NCBI RefSeq assembly: GCF_058153355.1
Contig: NZ_CM177019.1
DNA: 64,000 nt
Strand: one strand, 5' to 3'
Shown: piece by piece, positions 50,184-62,061 of the stretch
How positions within the stretch are numbered: position 1 is the stretch's first letter
Layout of the letters: every line of letters starts with the position of its first letter
Notes under the pieces: generated by a model
What the model saw: only the letters and a program-made list of their open reading frames with translations
What the model was told of the DNA's origin: nothing
Database searches by the model: none
Made by a program: the position numbers and the translations under genes

Positions 50184-51680
50184 ATGACGCAATACTGGCT
50201 GGGGTTAGATTGTGGCGGAAGCTGGCTAAAAGCCGGACTGTATGACCGCGAAGGCCGGGAGGCAGGCGTGCAGCGCCTGCCGCTGTGCGCATTAAGCCCG
50301 CAGCCAGGCTGGGCAGAGCGCGATATGGAAGAACTGTGGCAATGCTGCATGGCTGTCATTCGCGCCCTGCTTACCCATTCCAGCGTTAGCGGGGAGCAAA
50401 TTGTCGGCATCGGTATCTCCGCACAGGGAAAGGGCTTGTTTTTGCTGGATAAAAACGACAAGCCGCTCGGTAACGCCATTTTGTCCTCGGATCGCCGGGC
50501 GATGGAAATCGTTCGTCGCTGGCAGGAAGATAGCATCCCGGAAAAACTCTACCCGCTGACCCGACAAACCTTGTGGACCGGGCATCCGGTGTCGCTGTTA
50601 CGCTGGCTGAAAGTGCACGAACCAGAACGCTACGCGCAAATTGGCTGCGTGATGATGACGCACGACTACCTGCGTTGGTGTTTAACCGGCGTCAAAGGCT
50701 GTGAAGAGAGCAATATTTCCGAATCCAATCTCTACAACATGAGTCGCGGGGAATATGACCCGTGCCTCACCGACTGGCTGGGGATCAGTGAAATCAATCA
50801 CGCCCTGCCGCCTGTTGTTGGATCTGCCGAAATCTGCGGGGAAATCACCGCTCAGACAGCCGCACTGACCGGTCTGCAAGCGGGTACGCCCGTTGTCGGC
50901 GGCCTGTTTGATGTGGTTTCTACCGCACTCTGCGCCGGAATCGAAGACGAATTTACCCTCAATGCGGTGATGGGGACCTGGGCGGTGACCAGCGGCATAA
51001 CCTGCGGTTTACGTGACGGTGAAGCGCATCCGTATGTCTATGGTCGCTACGTTAACGATGGTGAATTTATCGTTCACGAAGCCAGCCCTACCTCTTCCGG
51101 CAATCTCGAATGGTTTACCGCGCAGTGGGGAGAAATCTCGTTTGCAGAGATCAACCAGGCTGTTGCCAGCTTACCGAAAGCCGGTGGCGATCTCTTTTTC
51201 CTGCCGTTCCTGTACGGCAGCAACGCCGGACTCGAGATGACCAGCGGTTTCTACGGGATGCAGGCCATTCACACCCGCGCACACCTGTTGCAGGCCATTT
51301 ATGAAGGCGTGGTGTTCAGCCATATGACCCACCTCAACCGGATGCGCGAACGTTTTACTGATGTGCACACCCTGCGCGTCACTGGCGGCCCGGCGCACTC
51401 CGATGTCTGGATGCAAATGCTGGCGGACGTTAGCGGACTGCGTATCGAACTGCCGCAGGTGCAAGAAACGGGCTGTTTTGGCGCGGCGCTTGCCGCCCGC
51501 GTCGGCACCGGAGTTTATCGCGATTTCAGCGAAGCCCAGCGCGATCAACAGCACCCGGTGCGTACCCTGTTACCGGATATGACCGCCCATCAGCTTTACC
51601 AACAAAAATACCAACGCTATCAGCACCTCATTGCCGCACTACAGGGCTTTCATGCCCGCGTTAAGGAGAACACATTATGA
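50184..51680 (+). CDS. lyxK: L-xylulose/3-keto-L-gulonate kinase
   Basis: 498 aa FGGY-family carbohydrate kinase. Confidence 0.9.
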   Translation: MTQYWLGLDCGGSWLKAGLYDREGREAGVQRLPLCALSPQPGWAERDMEELWQCCMAVIRALLTHSSVSGEQIVGIGISAQGKGLFLLDKNDKPLGNAILSSDRRAMEIVRRWQEDSIPEKLYPLTRQTLWTGHPVSLLRWLKVHEPERYAQIGCVMMTHDYLRWCLTGVKGCEESNISESNLYNMSRGEYDPCLTDWLGISEINHALPPVVGSAEICGEITAQTAALTGLQAGTPVVGGLFDVVSTALCAGIEDEFTLNAVMGTWAVTSGITCGLRDGEAHPYVYGRYVNDGEFIVHEASPTSSGNLEWFTAQWGEISFAEINQAVASLPKAGGDLFFLPFLYGSNAGLEMTSGFYGMQAIHTRAHLLQAIYEGVVFSHMTHLNRMRERFTDVHTLRVTGGPAHSDVWMQMLADVSGLRIELPQVQETGCFGAALAARVGTGVYRDFSEAQRDQQHPVRTLLPDMTAHQLYQQKYQRYQHLIAALQGFHARVKENTL

Positions 51681-52339
51681 GCAGACCACTTCTGCAACTG
51701 GCCCTCGACCACTCATCACTTGAAGCCGCACAGCGCGACGTTACGCTGTTAAAAGACAGCGTCGATATCGTCGAAGCAGGCACTATTCTCTGTTTAAACG
51801 AAGGGCTTGGCGCGGTGAAAGCCTTGCGCGAACAGTGCCCGGACAAAATCATCGTTGCTGACTGGAAGGTCGCCGATGCTGGTGAAACGCTCGCGCAACA
51901 GGCGTTTGGCGCAGGCGCTAACTGGATGACCATCATCTGCGCCGCACCGCTCGCGACGGTGGAAAAAGGCCACGCGATGGCGCAACGCTGCGGTGGTGAA
52001 ATCCAGATAGAGCTTTTTGGTAACTGGACGCTGGACGACGCCCGCGACTGGCATCGTATTGGCGTGCGGCAGGCGATTTATCATCGTGGTCGTGACGCGC
52101 AGGCCAGCGGGCAACAGTGGGGCGAAGCCGATCTGGCACGCATGAAGGCGCTTTCCGATATCGGCCTTGAGCTTTCCATTACCGGCGGGATTACGCCTGC
52201 TGACCTGCCGCTGTTTAAAGATATCCGCGTGAAAGCGTTTATTGCCGGGCGGGCGCTGGCAGGCGCAGCAAATCCGGCACAGGTAGCTGCCGACTTCCAT
52301 GCGCAAATCGACGCTATCTGGGGAGGCGCGCGTGCGTAA
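51677..52339 (+). CDS. sgbH: 3-keto-L-gulonate-6-phosphate decarboxylase
   Basis: 220 aa OMP-decarboxylase-like family member. Confidence 0.9.
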   Translation: MSRPLLQLALDHSSLEAAQRDVTLLKDSVDIVEAGTILCLNEGLGAVKALREQCPDKIIVADWKVADAGETLAQQAFGAGANWMTIICAAPLATVEKGHAMAQRCGGEIQIELFGNWTLDDARDWHRIGVRQAIYHRGRDAQASGQQWGEADLARMKALSDIGLELSITGGITPADLPLFKDIRVKAFIAGRALAGAANPAQVAADFHAQIDAIWGGARA

Positions 52340-53192
52340 TCATCCGTTAGGGATTTATGAAAAAGCGCTGGCGAAAGATCTCTCCTGGCCGGAGCGGCTG
52401 GTGCTGGCAAAAAGCTGCGGTTTTGATTTTGTCGAAATGTCGGTGGATGAAACCGACGAGCGTCTGTCGCGCCTTGACTGGAGCGCCGCACAAAGGACTT
52501 CGCTGGTTGCCGCGATGATCGAAACGGGTGTTGGGATCCCGTCGATGTGCCTGTCCGCACATCGTCGTTTTCCCTTTGGTAGCCGTGACGACGCGGCACG
52601 CCAGCGAGCACGGGAGATCATGAGTAAAGCAATTCGTCTGGCGCGCGATCTCGGTATTCGCACCATTCAACTGGCGGGCTACGACGTCTATTACGAAGCC
52701 CATGACGAAGGCACGCAGCAACGTTTTGCCGAAGGGCTGGCGTGGGCGGTTGAACAGGCAGCCGCCGCGCAGGTGATGCTGGCGGTGGAGATTATGGATA
52801 CTGCGTTTATGAACTCCATCAGCAAATGGAAAAAATGGGACGAGATACTCGCTTCGCCGTGGTTCACCGTCTACCCGGACGTCGGCAACCTTAGCGCCTG
52901 GGGCAATGATGTTCCCGCTGAACTGAAACTGGGCATTGACCGTATCGCCGCCATCCACCTGAAAGATACCCAGCCAGTGACCGAGCATAGCCCCGGACAG
53001 TTCCGCGACGTGCCGTTTGGCGAAGGCTGCGTCGATTTCGTTGGTATCTTCAAAACGCTGCATGAACTGAACTATCGCGGATCATTTCTGATTGAGATGT
53101 GGACCGAAAAAGCCAAAGAGCCGGTGCTGGAGATTATTCAGGCGCGGCGCTGGATTGAAGCGCGTATGCAGGAGGCCGGATTTATATGTTAG
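52332..53192 (+). CDS. sgbU: L-ribulose-5-phosphate 3-epimerase
   Basis: ORF 52299-53192; start [12 protein letters not shown] at GTG 52332 gives 286 aa; xylose-isomerase-like TIM barrel. Confidence 0.88.
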   Translation: MRNHPLGIYEKALAKDLSWPERLVLAKSCGFDFVEMSVDETDERLSRLDWSAAQRTSLVAAMIETGVGIPSMCLSAHRRFPFGSRDDAARQRAREIMSKAIRLARDLGIRTIQLAGYDVYYEAHDEGTQQRFAEGLAWAVEQAAAAQVMLAVEIMDTAFMNSISKWKKWDEILASPWFTVYPDVGNLSAWGNDVPAELKLGIDRIAAIHLKDTQPVTEHSPGQFRDVPFGEGCVDFVGIFKTLHELNYRGSFLIEMWTEKAKEPVLEIIQARRWIEARMQEAGFIC

Positions 53193-53680
53193 AGCGATTG
53201 AAAGCCGACGTGCTGGCGGCGAATCTGGCGCTTTATCGTCGCTATGCAGAAATTGGCGGTATTGTGCATACCCACTCGCGCCACGCCACCATCTGGTCAC
53301 AGGCCGGGCTGGATCTCCCCGCCTGGGGCACCACGCACGCCGATTATTTCTATGGTGCCATCCCCTGCACGCGACAGATGACCGCAGAGGAGATTAACGG
53401 CGAATATGAATATCAGACCGGCGAAGTGATCATTGAAACTTTCGAAGAACGCGGCAGGAGTCCGGCACAAATCCCGGCGGTATTGGTGCATTCTCACGGT
53501 CCGTTCGCCTGGGGCAATAACGCCGCCGATGCGGTGCATAATGCCGTGGTACTCGAAGAGTGCGCCTATATGGGCCTGTTCTCGCGCCAGCTTGCGCCGC
53601 AGCTTCCTGCGATGCAAAACGAACTTCTGGATAAGCATTACCTGCGTAAGCATGGGGCCAATGCCTATTACGGGCAGTAA
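53186..53680 (+). CDS. sgbE: L-ribulose-5-phosphate 4-epimerase SgbE with 67-codon in-frame internal deletion
   Basis: 164 aa instead of about 231; N-terminus [16 protein letters not shown] joins directly to [17 protein letters not shown], omitting the conserved N-terminal class II aldolase segment. Confidence 0.75.
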   Translation: MLERLKADVLAANLALYRRYAEIGGIVHTHSRHATIWSQAGLDLPAWGTTHADYFYGAIPCTRQMTAEEINGEYEYQTGEVIIETFEERGRSPAQIPAVLVHSHGPFAWGNNAADAVHNAVVLEECAYMGLFSRQLAPQLPAMQNELLDKHYLRKHGANAYYGQ

Positions 53681-53688
53681 TCTATCAC

Positions 53689-53710
53689 GCCGGGGCTTCA
53701 TTGCCCCGGC
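53689..53710. terminator. bidirectional hairpin between sgbE and convergent AraC-family gene
   Basis: gccggggcttcattgccccggc. Confidence 0.45.
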
Positions 53711-53711
53711 A

Positions 53712-54527
53712 CTACGAATTGATATGTTCCTTGCTGTAACGTCGCTTCCACGCAGCTGGCGTTAAACCGGTGTGTTTGCGAAAAATCTGTCGGAAATAGC
53801 CAACGTCATTAAACCCGCACAACGCCGCCACTTCCGTGAGCGATCGCGCTTCGCTAATTAACAGCTTTTCGGCTTCGCGCACTCGCTGGCGGTGGATTGC
53901 TTCTGTTAACGTCAGATGAAACACCCGCCGATAGACACGCCCAAGATAATCGGCATTGCAGTACAGCTCGCGGGCTAAAAGCGCCGTAGAAAGCGGGCGA
54001 TGATATTGCGTGCGGATCAGTTTCTGCGCTTTCCAGGCAAGCGTGGTACCTGCGGCATCGGCCTGTTCATCAAGACGCGCGTCACGGGTGAGTTGCTGCA
54101 AAATCAGCAGCACAATAAACTCCAGCGCCGGAGTGCGTTGATGCTTTTCCTGTTCGCTTAAGAACTGGCGAAACAGGGCCACCAGCGCCTGCGGATCGGC
54201 AACCTTCGTTTGTTGCGGCACGCTAAGATGAGTGAGCCAGCGCGGGTCGCTATCCGGCGCTTTAACCTCAAAATGCAGCCAGTAAAATTTGAGATCGGCG
54301 GGAAAATCCTCTACCCCAACATGCTGTCGGTTCGGCCAGAGTAATAAACTCTCTCCCGCATCGACCAGAAATATCCGCTCTTCTTCCTGAATCGTTAATC
54401 GACCTTTTTCGACAAAGATAATTTCCCATGACTCCAGCCGCCTTGCCGGATGCCTCCCTACGCCACGGGAAATAAATAATCCACCATTTTGCACTTTAAT
54501 CGGTAACGTCATGGATAATTCGAGCAT
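53712..54527 (-). CDS. AraC-family transcriptional regulator (cupin sensor domain plus HTH)
   Basis: 271 aa; C-terminal AraC HTH signature (GFNDVGYFRQIFRKHTGLTPAAWKRR); divergent from transporter gene. Confidence 0.85.
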   Translation of the reverse strand: MLELSMTLPIKVQNGGLFISRGVGRHPARRLESWEIIFVEKGRLTIQEEERIFLVDAGESLLLWPNRQHVGVEDFPADLKFYWLHFEVKAPDSDPRWLTHLSVPQQTKVADPQALVALFRQFLSEQEKHQRTPALEFIVLLILQQLTRDARLDEQADAAGTTLAWKAQKLIRTQYHRPLSTALLARELYCNADYLGRVYRRVFHLTLTEAIHRQRVREAEKLLISEARSLTEVAALCGFNDVGYFRQIFRKHTGLTPAAWKRRYSKEHINS

Positions 54528-54752
54528 TGATATGTAATTTCCCGCTTATTCATTAATGATTAAACACATTACCTTTTGATTATTAATCAAAAACATTAAT
54601 TTCACCTGATCCAATTCACACTTTTAAATTCAGGTCGGAATCGTCACCTTTTTTTACTCTTTTCTCGCCTTGTTGATATTCCCGTTCACGGCAGAATTAA
54701 TCATGTCATTTCAATAAAACTAAAAATTGCTCCCTATGCACGAGGAATATCT

Positions 54753-56153
54753 ATGACCTCTACACCGATTACTACCGCTGATATCGCTAAAGGTAAAATT
54801 GACGATGCGTTATCTGTACGGGAAAAAATAGGCTACGGCCTGGGTGACGCAGGCGGCACCGTAATAACTTGCCTGATCATGAACTTTCTCACCTTTTTCT
54901 ACACCGACGTTTTTGGCTTAACTCCGGCGCTGGTCGGCACGCTGTTTATTGCACTGCGCGTGTTTGATGCCATCTCCGACCCGGTGATGGGCGTCATTGC
55001 CGACCGGACGCAAAGCCGCTGGGGGCGTTTTCGTCCGTGGCAGCTATGGATTGCCGTCCCTATTGGCATTATCGGCATCCTGACGTTCACCGTACCGGAC
55101 GCCAGTATGGGGGTGAAGATCGCCTGGGCGTTCGGCACCTATCTGCTGCTTTCCGTCGGTTATACCGCCATCAACGTGCCGTACTGCGCGCTGATCAACA
55201 CCATGACGACCCGCCACAATGAGGTAATTTCGTGCCAGTCCTGGCGATTCGTTCTCTGCGGCGTAGCGGGATTTCTGGTTTCGGTTGGCCTGCCGTGGAT
55301 GGTAGATCTCTTCGGTCAGGGTAATGCCGCGCGCGGCTATCAACTGGGCGTCGGCGTGCTGTGCGCCATCGCTGTGGTGATGTTCCTGTGCTGTTTCTTC
55401 TGGGTTCGTGAACGGGTGCCACTCTCCACAATGGGGAAATTTACCCTGCGCGAACATCTTGCCGGGCTGCGAAACAACGACCAACTGCTGCTGATGCTGG
55501 TCATGTCTTTCCTGCTGATTAACGTCTTTAATATTCGCGGCGGTGGGTATATGTACTTCATTACCTACGTCTTACAAGGCAGTACGGGCTACACGTCGCT
55601 GTTCTTCACTATGGTCACCTTCGCCTCCATTATCGGCTCGGTGATTGTCAGCCCGTTAACGCGACGTTTCGATACCGTCAAAATTTACTACTACACCAAC
55701 CTGCTCCTCGCCGCGCTGGCGGTGTTGATGTGGTTCCTGCCTTCTGGCCCGGCTTATCAAACGCTGTGGCTGGCGGTGATCCTTGGTAATGGCGTGATTC
55801 TTGGCTTCACATTGCCATTGCACTTCTCATTGATGGCCTTTGCCGATGACTACGGCGAGTGGAAAACCCGCGTACGTTCTTCCGGCATGAACTTCGCCTT
55901 CAATCTGTTTTTCATCAAGCTGGCCTGGGCCTCCAGCGCCGGGATCATCAGCCTGCTGTTTATTTTTGTCGCCTACCAGCCTGGCGTGGAAAACCAGACC
56001 GCCAGTTCGCTTGGCGGGATCGCGGCGATGGAAACATTGCTGCCTGCGCTGTTCCACCTGCTGCTGGCGATGGCGATCCGCTTTTGCAAACTCAATAACC
56101 CTATGATGTCACGCATTGCTAGCGACCTGCGTCAGCGTCATGTACAGCCTTAA
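54753..56153 (+). CDS. GPH-family glycoside-pentoside-hexuronide:cation symporter
   Basis: 466 aa, 12 TM; MelB/YicJ-like N-terminal motif ([24 protein letters not shown]). Confidence 0.85.
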   Translation: MTSTPITTADIAKGKIDDALSVREKIGYGLGDAGGTVITCLIMNFLTFFYTDVFGLTPALVGTLFIALRVFDAISDPVMGVIADRTQSRWGRFRPWQLWIAVPIGIIGILTFTVPDASMGVKIAWAFGTYLLLSVGYTAINVPYCALINTMTTRHNEVISCQSWRFVLCGVAGFLVSVGLPWMVDLFGQGNAARGYQLGVGVLCAIAVVMFLCCFFWVRERVPLSTMGKFTLREHLAGLRNNDQLLLMLVMSFLLINVFNIRGGGYMYFITYVLQGSTGYTSLFFTMVTFASIIGSVIVSPLTRRFDTVKIYYYTNLLLAALAVLMWFLPSGPAYQTLWLAVILGNGVILGFTLPLHFSLMAFADDYGEWKTRVRSSGMNFAFNLFFIKLAWASSAGIISLLFIFVAYQPGVENQTASSLGGIAAMETLLPALFHLLLAMAIRFCKLNNPMMSRIASDLRQRHVQP

Positions 56154-56163
56154 GGAGCACAAG

Positions 56164-58134
56164 ATGAACATTTCGGAAGTCGATCTGCATAAACTGACGG
56201 TCAGCGATCCGTTCCTCGGTCAGTACCAACAACTGGTCCGCGACGTGGTGATTCCTTATCAGTGGGATGCCTTGAACGATCGTATCCCAGAAGCGGAACC
56301 CAGCCATGCGATTGAAAACTTTCGCATTGCCGCAGGACTGCAAGACGGTGAATTTTACGGGATGGTGTTTCAGGACAGCGACGTCGCCAAATGGCTGGAA
56401 GCGGTAGCCTGGTCGCTGTGCCAGAAGCCGGATGCCGAACTGGAAAAAACTGCTGACGAGGTAATCGAACTGGTCGCTTCCGCCCAGTGCGAAGATGGCT
56501 ATCTCAATACTTACTTTACGGTAAAAGCGCCCGAAGAACGCTGGAGCAATCTGGCGGAGTGTCATGAACTTTACTGCGCCGGTCATCTGATTGAAGCCGG
56601 AGTCGCCTTCTTCCAGGCCACGGGCAAGCGGCGCTTGCTGGAAGTGGTTTGCCGTCTGGCCGATCATATCGACAGCGTATTTGGTCCAGGTGAAAGTAAG
56701 TTACACGGTTATCCTGGTCATCCGGAAATTGAACTGGCACTGATGCGCCTGTATGAAGTGACCGAAGAGCCGCGCTACCTGGCGCTGACGAACTATTTTG
56801 TCGAACAGCGTGGTGCGCAACCGCACTATTACGACTAGGAATATGAAAAGCGCGGGCAGACCTCGCACTGGCACACCTACGGCCCGGCGTGGATGGTGAA
56901 AGACAAAGCCTACAGCCAGGCACATTTGCCCATCGCACAGCAGCAAACCGCCATTGGTCACGCGGTACGTTTTGTCTACCTGATGACCGGCGTCGCGCAT
57001 CTCGCGCGTTTAAGTCACGATGAAAGCAAGCGTCAGGACTGCCTGCGGCTGTGGAACAATATGGCCCAGCGTCAGTTATATATTACCGGCGGCATTGGCT
57101 CACAAAGCAGCGGCGAAGCGTTCAGCAGCGATTACGATCTGCCGAATGACACGGTATACGCCGAAAGCTGTGCTTCCATCGGCCTGATGATGTTCGCCCG
57201 GCGAATGCTGGAAATGGAAGGCGACAGTCACTATGCCGATGTGATGGAGCGCGCACTGTACAACACCGTGCTCGGCGGCATGGCGCTGGATGGCAAACAT
57301 TTCTTCTATGTGAATCCGCTGGAAGTACATCCAAAATCGCTGAAATTCAACCATATCTACGATCACGTTAAGCCGATCCGCCAGCGTTGGTTTGGTTGCG
57401 CTTGTTGTCCGCCAAATATCGCCCGCGTGCTAACCTCGATTGGTCATTATCTCTACACGCCGCGTGAAGATGCGTTGTATATCAACATCTACGCAGGAAA
57501 CAGCATGGAAGTGCCGGTAGAAAATGGCACGCTGCGTCTGCGGGTTAGCGGAAACTATCCGTGGCAGGAACAGGTGACAATTGCGGTTGAATCGCCCCAG
57601 CCGGTGCGTCATACGCTGGCTTTACGTCTGCCGGACTGGTGCACACAGCCGCAGATTACATTGAATGGGGAAGAGGTCGAGCAGGATATTCGTAAAGGGT
57701 ATTTGCACATTACCCGCGAATGGCAGGAGGGCGACACGCTGAATCTGACTTTGCCAATGCCGGTACGTCGCGTTTACGGTAACCCGCTGGTGCGTCACGT
57801 CGCCGGAAAAGTGGCGATTCAGCGCGGCCCGCTGGTGTATTGCCTGGAACAGGCCGACAACGGCGAGTCACTGCATAACCTGTGGCTGCCCGCCGATGCG
57901 CCATTTACGACATTTGAAGGTAATGGATTGTTCCGCCATAAGATCTTAATCCAGGCACCGGGTTACCGGTATGAACAGAGCAATCCAGAGCAGCAACCGC
58001 TGTGGCATTACGACAGCGCGCCAGCCAAACGCCAGCCGCAAACTCTGACATTTATCCCGTGGTTTAGCTGGGCTAACCGGGGTGAAGGCGAAATGCGGAT
58101 CTGGGTGAATGAGGAAAACCAGTGCCATCCGTAG
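56164..58134 (+). pseudogene. GH127-like (DUF1680, beta-L-arabinofuranosidase family) glycoside hydrolase interrupted by in-frame TAG
   Basis: ORFs 56116-56838 and 56893-58134 are in the same frame, separated by TAG at 56836-56838; combined about 655 aa; RBS aaggag before ATG 56164. Confidence 0.7.
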
Positions 58135-58215
58135 GTAGGATAAGGCGCTCGCGCCGCATCCAACCTAGGGTGCACATTGCCTGATGCGACGCTTAACGCG
58201 TCTTATCAAGCCTGA
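58135..58215. repeat. REP elements between GH127 gene and yiaT
   Basis: ggataaggcgctcgcgccgcatcc and gcctgatgcgacgcttaacgcgtcttatcaagcct units. Confidence 0.6.
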
Positions 58216-58263
58216 AGGTCAGTGCGAGAGCGTAGGCCAGCCGCACCGACATCCACCGGTAAA

Positions 58264-59004
58264 TTAAAAACGCCAGCTCACGCCGGTGACAAAGGTAAAA
58301 CTCTCATTACGATCAATCATCGGGCTGTCGGTAATCTCTTCCGGCAGCTCGCTGTATCCGGCACTCGCCATCAATACGATGTGCTCTCCTATCGGGTATT
58401 TTGCCGTCAGGCTGACATAGGGCACCCAGGCATCCTGCGCGGAATAACTTGCCAGACCGCTACGACGGGACTCACTCTCTGAAATGCCATAGTAATAGTC
58501 ACTGAAATTCTCGTCATAATAGAGAACGCCCAGTGCAGGTGTCAGCGACAGGCGACCTATCTGCATTTTGTGAAATACCGATAGCTCCCCCACCCAGCCG
58601 TTGCTGTTATCCAGAACGTCCGCAGCCGCAGAGGCTTTCACGGTTCCCCAACGCTCGTGGTGATACCAGGCAACCCCCGCCATAGCCGTACTATCACGCT
58701 TATCAAGCTGTTGCATGGCATGATCGTCATTATCTGCAGGGTCAAATTCCAGCGGCATCCAGGATGCGGTCAGGCTAAGTTCATTTTTTTCACTTTGCGA
58801 CAGAATAAAACCTAACGTGGTCTGACGAACATAAAAAGAATCACCTTCATAACTAATCAGCGGAATTGCCTTTGTATTTTCATTATAACCACGATAAGGC
58901 GATTCATTATAAGCTGCACCAGCACCAATGGATAATTCAGAAGCAGTAGCGCTTGCCATAAAAGGCAACGTAAATAACGCCACAATATTGCGGTTAATTA
59001 ACAT
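58264..59004 (-). CDS. yiaT: MipA/OmpV-family outer membrane protein YiaT
   Basis: 246 aa; signal peptide; beta-barrel C-terminal F. Confidence 0.85.
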   Translation of the reverse strand: MLINRNIVALFTLPFMASATASELSIGAGAAYNESPYRGYNENTKAIPLISYEGDSFYVRQTTLGFILSQSEKNELSLTASWMPLEFDPADNDDHAMQQLDKRDSTAMAGVAWYHHERWGTVKASAAADVLDNSNGWVGELSVFHKMQIGRLSLTPALGVLYYDENFSDYYYGISESESRRSGLASYSAQDAWVPYVSLTAKYPIGEHIVLMASAGYSELPEEITDSPMIDRNESFTFVTGVSWRF

Positions 59005-59127
59005 GTCCGGTATTCCATTTTAAAATAAGATAAAAAAGAGTCGGCATAATAATGCTTACAATTTCTCCGGTGCAAGATTCATATTTATATAGTAATATAT
59101 AAAATTATATATAATTGGGCTGTTGCG

Positions 59128-60102
59128 ATGACAAAATTACAACTTAAGTACCGGGAGTTAAAAATTATCTCGGTAATCGCTGCCAGTGAAAATATCAGCC
59201 ATGCCGCGACTGTACTTGGATTCGCACAGGCCAACGTCAGCAAATATCTTGCTGATTTTGAATCAAAAGTAGGTTTAAAAGTCTTTGACCGAACCACCCG
59301 GCAGTTGATGCTCACACCTTTTGGTACCGCGCTGTTACCGTACATCAACGACATGCTGGACAGAAACGAGCAACTTAATAATTTTATTGCAGATTATAAG
59401 CATGAGAAACGTGGTCGGGTCACCATCTACGCCCCAACCGGCATAATTACCTATTTATCCAAACATGTTATCGATAAAATTAAAGATATCGGTGATATCA
59501 CCTTATCGCTAAAAACCTGCAATCTTGAGCGTAATGCCTTTTATGAAGGTGTCGAATTTCCCGATGATTGTGATGTTTTAATCAGCTATGCTCCACCAAA
59601 AGATGAATCGCTGGTTGCCAGTTTTATTACGCAATATGCCGTAACCGCTTATGCCAGTCAGCGCTATCTTGAGAAACATCCCATTAGCCGTCCTGACGAA
59701 CTCGAACATCACTCCTGTATTTTGATCGACTCGATGATGATCGACGACGCGAATATCTGGCGCTTCAACGTCGCCGGGAGTAAAGAGGTGCGGGATTATC
59801 GCGTGAAGGGAAATTACGTTTGCGACAACACGCAATCGGCGCTGGAGCTGGCACGAAATCACCTGGGGATTGTGTTTGCGCCAGACAAAAGTGTGCAGAG
59901 CGACCTGCAAGACGGCACGCTGGTGCCCTGCTTTCAGCAACCGTATGAATGGTGGCTGGATCTGGTGGCTATCTTCCGTAAACGGGAATACCAGCCCTGG
60001 CGGGTCCAGTATGTGCTGGATGAAATGCTGCGTGAAATTCGCCACCAGCTTGCTCAGTCGCAGCAACTGCGGCCTGAACAAGCGGCGGAAAGCGAAGATT
60101 AA
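59128..60102 (+). CDS. yiaU: LysR-family transcriptional regulator YiaU
   Basis: 324 aa; N-terminal LysR HTH. Confidence 0.85.
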   Translation: MTKLQLKYRELKIISVIAASENISHAATVLGFAQANVSKYLADFESKVGLKVFDRTTRQLMLTPFGTALLPYINDMLDRNEQLNNFIADYKHEKRGRVTIYAPTGIITYLSKHVIDKIKDIGDITLSLKTCNLERNAFYEGVEFPDDCDVLISYAPPKDESLVASFITQYAVTAYASQRYLEKHPISRPDELEHHSCILIDSMMIDDANIWRFNVAGSKEVRDYRVKGNYVCDNTQSALELARNHLGIVFAPDKSVQSDLQDGTLVPCFQQPYEWWLDLVAIFRKREYQPWRVQYVLDEMLREIRHQLAQSQQLRPEQAAESED

Positions 60103-61235
60103 TGATCGAGATAAAGGTAATGCACCCAACTGGTCATGCGTAACAGCACTTTGCGCATCACCGAGACATGGCTGAAATGATCAGAGTAAACCGCCACCTG
60201 GGCGTAAATACCGTCTGGTAAAGCGCTCAACTCAGTGTGCTCATCCAGTTCAATGGTCGCGATAACGCCATCTGAACCCGGTGCTGTGTTTAACGTCTGT
60301 AAGGTGCCGGTCGACTGATAAGCTCCGCCGGGAACAGCTGGGCTAATGGCTGCCAGCTTACCGCTGAATACCTTACCTGGCAGAGCATTAAACACCACTT
60401 CCGCATCATCGCCGGGAGCCAGTCGCAGCAAGGAGTTCTGACGGAACTGCGCCACAATTTGTCGTTTCTGATCGGGTATAAACACCATCACAGGACGTAG
60501 CGGCAGCGATGCGGCATAGGTACCCGGACGAATCAGCACTTGCGTCACATAACCATCGCTCGGCGCACGCACTATCGTCTGCTCAAGGTTATATTTTGCT
60601 TCCGCGAGCTGCGCTTTCAGGCTGGCGATTTGAGAATGTTCACCCAACACCAGGCTATCCAGCTGGCTCTGGATCTGTTTTTGTTCCGCCGCCGATGACT
60701 TTACGGAGGCTTCCTGCGCCAGATAATTTTGCCGCGCCACATCAATATCGCGTTCTGAAAACGGGTTTACTTTCGCCTGGCTGCCGCGTGCGTAACGCTG
60801 GTACTCTTTAGCGAATTTATCCCGCGTGGCCTTTGCCTGCTGAGTATTCGCCGCCATCTCATCTAACTCTGCGCCCAACGCCCGCTGTTTATGTTCTGCG
60901 GTAACGATATCCGCCATCAGCCGATCCACCCGCGCCTGATAACGCGTCGGGTCCAGTCGAAATAGCACCTCACCTTTTTTAATCAGCGTATTTTTCTTGT
61001 CCGTCACTTCGATCACCACGCCTGTCACCTGCGGGACAACAGGAATAGAAATAACTGCTTTTTGCGCTTTAAAGGTATACGGATGGTTATAGTTCATTAA
61101 CAGAATTAGACCGCTGACAATAAATATGCCACCCAGGGCCGCGGTGGGAATGGTCCATTTATTTACAGGAATTTTGAAGATCTTAAACATTGCCCATGCG
61201 AAAGCCACATAGGTCAAAATAATCAGTAAATCCAT
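60099..61235 (-). CDS. yiaV: HlyD-family membrane fusion (periplasmic adaptor) protein YiaV
   Basis: 378 aa; N-terminal TM, coiled coil, barrel-sandwich domain. Confidence 0.85.
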   Translation of the reverse strand: MDLLIILTYVAFAWAMFKIFKIPVNKWTIPTAALGGIFIVSGLILLMNYNHPYTFKAQKAVISIPVVPQVTGVVIEVTDKKNTLIKKGEVLFRLDPTRYQARVDRLMADIVTAEHKQRALGAELDEMAANTQQAKATRDKFAKEYQRYARGSQAKVNPFSERDIDVARQNYLAQEASVKSSAAEQKQIQSQLDSLVLGEHSQIASLKAQLAEAKYNLEQTIVRAPSDGYVTQVLIRPGTYAASLPLRPVMVFIPDQKRQIVAQFRQNSLLRLAPGDDAEVVFNALPGKVFSGKLAAISPAVPGGAYQSTGTLQTLNTAPGSDGVIATIELDEHTELSALPDGIYAQVAVYSDHFSHVSVMRKVLLRMTSWVHYLYLDH

Positions 61236-61240
61236 AAGTA

Positions 61241-61564
61241 TTACTCGGCAGAAGAGGATTTGATGTCGGCGAGCTGTTTCTCCAGCCCGGCAATACGCTG
61301 TTGTAGTTGCACAACGGAGGAGTCATGGTTTTGCATTCCCCATCCCCGCTCCGGGCGATAAAGCGTGGCCCAAATCCACAAAAATGGCCAGATAACATGC
61401 AGCGTAAAAAGACTCACCCAACCAGCAACATGAATGGCGTCGGCATGAGGATGATTACGTTTTTTAGCAATCAGGTAGGGAATATCATGTAAAATAATAA
61501 TCCCATAGAATATCACCAGAAATACAAAAATAAGCACTCCCAGTGCAAAATAGTCCAGGAACAT
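61241..61564 (-). CDS. yiaW: DUF3302 inner membrane protein YiaW
   Basis: ORF 61241-61594; start [11 protein letters not shown] at internal ATG gives 107 aa. Confidence 0.8.
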   Translation of the reverse strand: MFLDYFALGVLIFVFLVIFYGIIILHDIPYLIAKKRNHPHADAIHVAGWVSLFTLHVIWPFLWIWATLYRPERGWGMQNHDSSVVQLQQRIAGLEKQLADIKSSSAE

Positions 61565-61725
61565 ATTTCCCTCAGAGAATATAAAAAAGAACAATTAACG
61601 CATATTATGAAATGCCATGATGCAGTGCAATTTCCTTATTTATATAACGACATATTGTTTTTTATATACTTTCCGAAGTGTGCTACCTGGCTTTTCAACA
61701 GGTCGAGGTTTATCATATTGAAATA

Positions 61726-62061
61726 ATGGAACTATTGACCAAACTAATGAATAACCCCAGTAAAACATCCACAGTACAGATAAAGCGTATTAAACCTTCA
61801 ATTATCTACCGTTTATTGCTGATTGGCCTCGGAACACCAATGGTGATTTACGGTCTGGTTTGCGGCGTTTTAGGCATATTTGGCTACGATCAGGTGAGAT
61901 GGAACGACACCGTGATCCACGGCCTGCTGGCCCTGCCTGCGGGATTGCTTGCAGGCCTGTCAGTCAGTGTGTTCCTCACCGTGGTGATTGGCACCATCGC
62001 TTGTTTTGGTCTGTGGCTGTACAGCCTGGTCCGCCCGCTCACCATCGAAACGCGAGATTAA
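61726..62061 (+). CDS. hypothetical small inner membrane protein (3 predicted TM helices)
   Basis: ORF 61678-62061; likely start MELLTKLMNNPSK at ATG 61726 (111 aa); hydrophobic segments; tail-to-tail 4-bp overlap with hicB-like gene. Confidence 0.5.
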   Translation: MELLTKLMNNPSKTSTVQIKRIKPSIIYRLLLIGLGTPMVIYGLVCGVLGIFGYDQVRWNDTVIHGLLALPAGLLAGLSVSVFLTVVIGTIACFGLWLYSLVRPLTIETRD

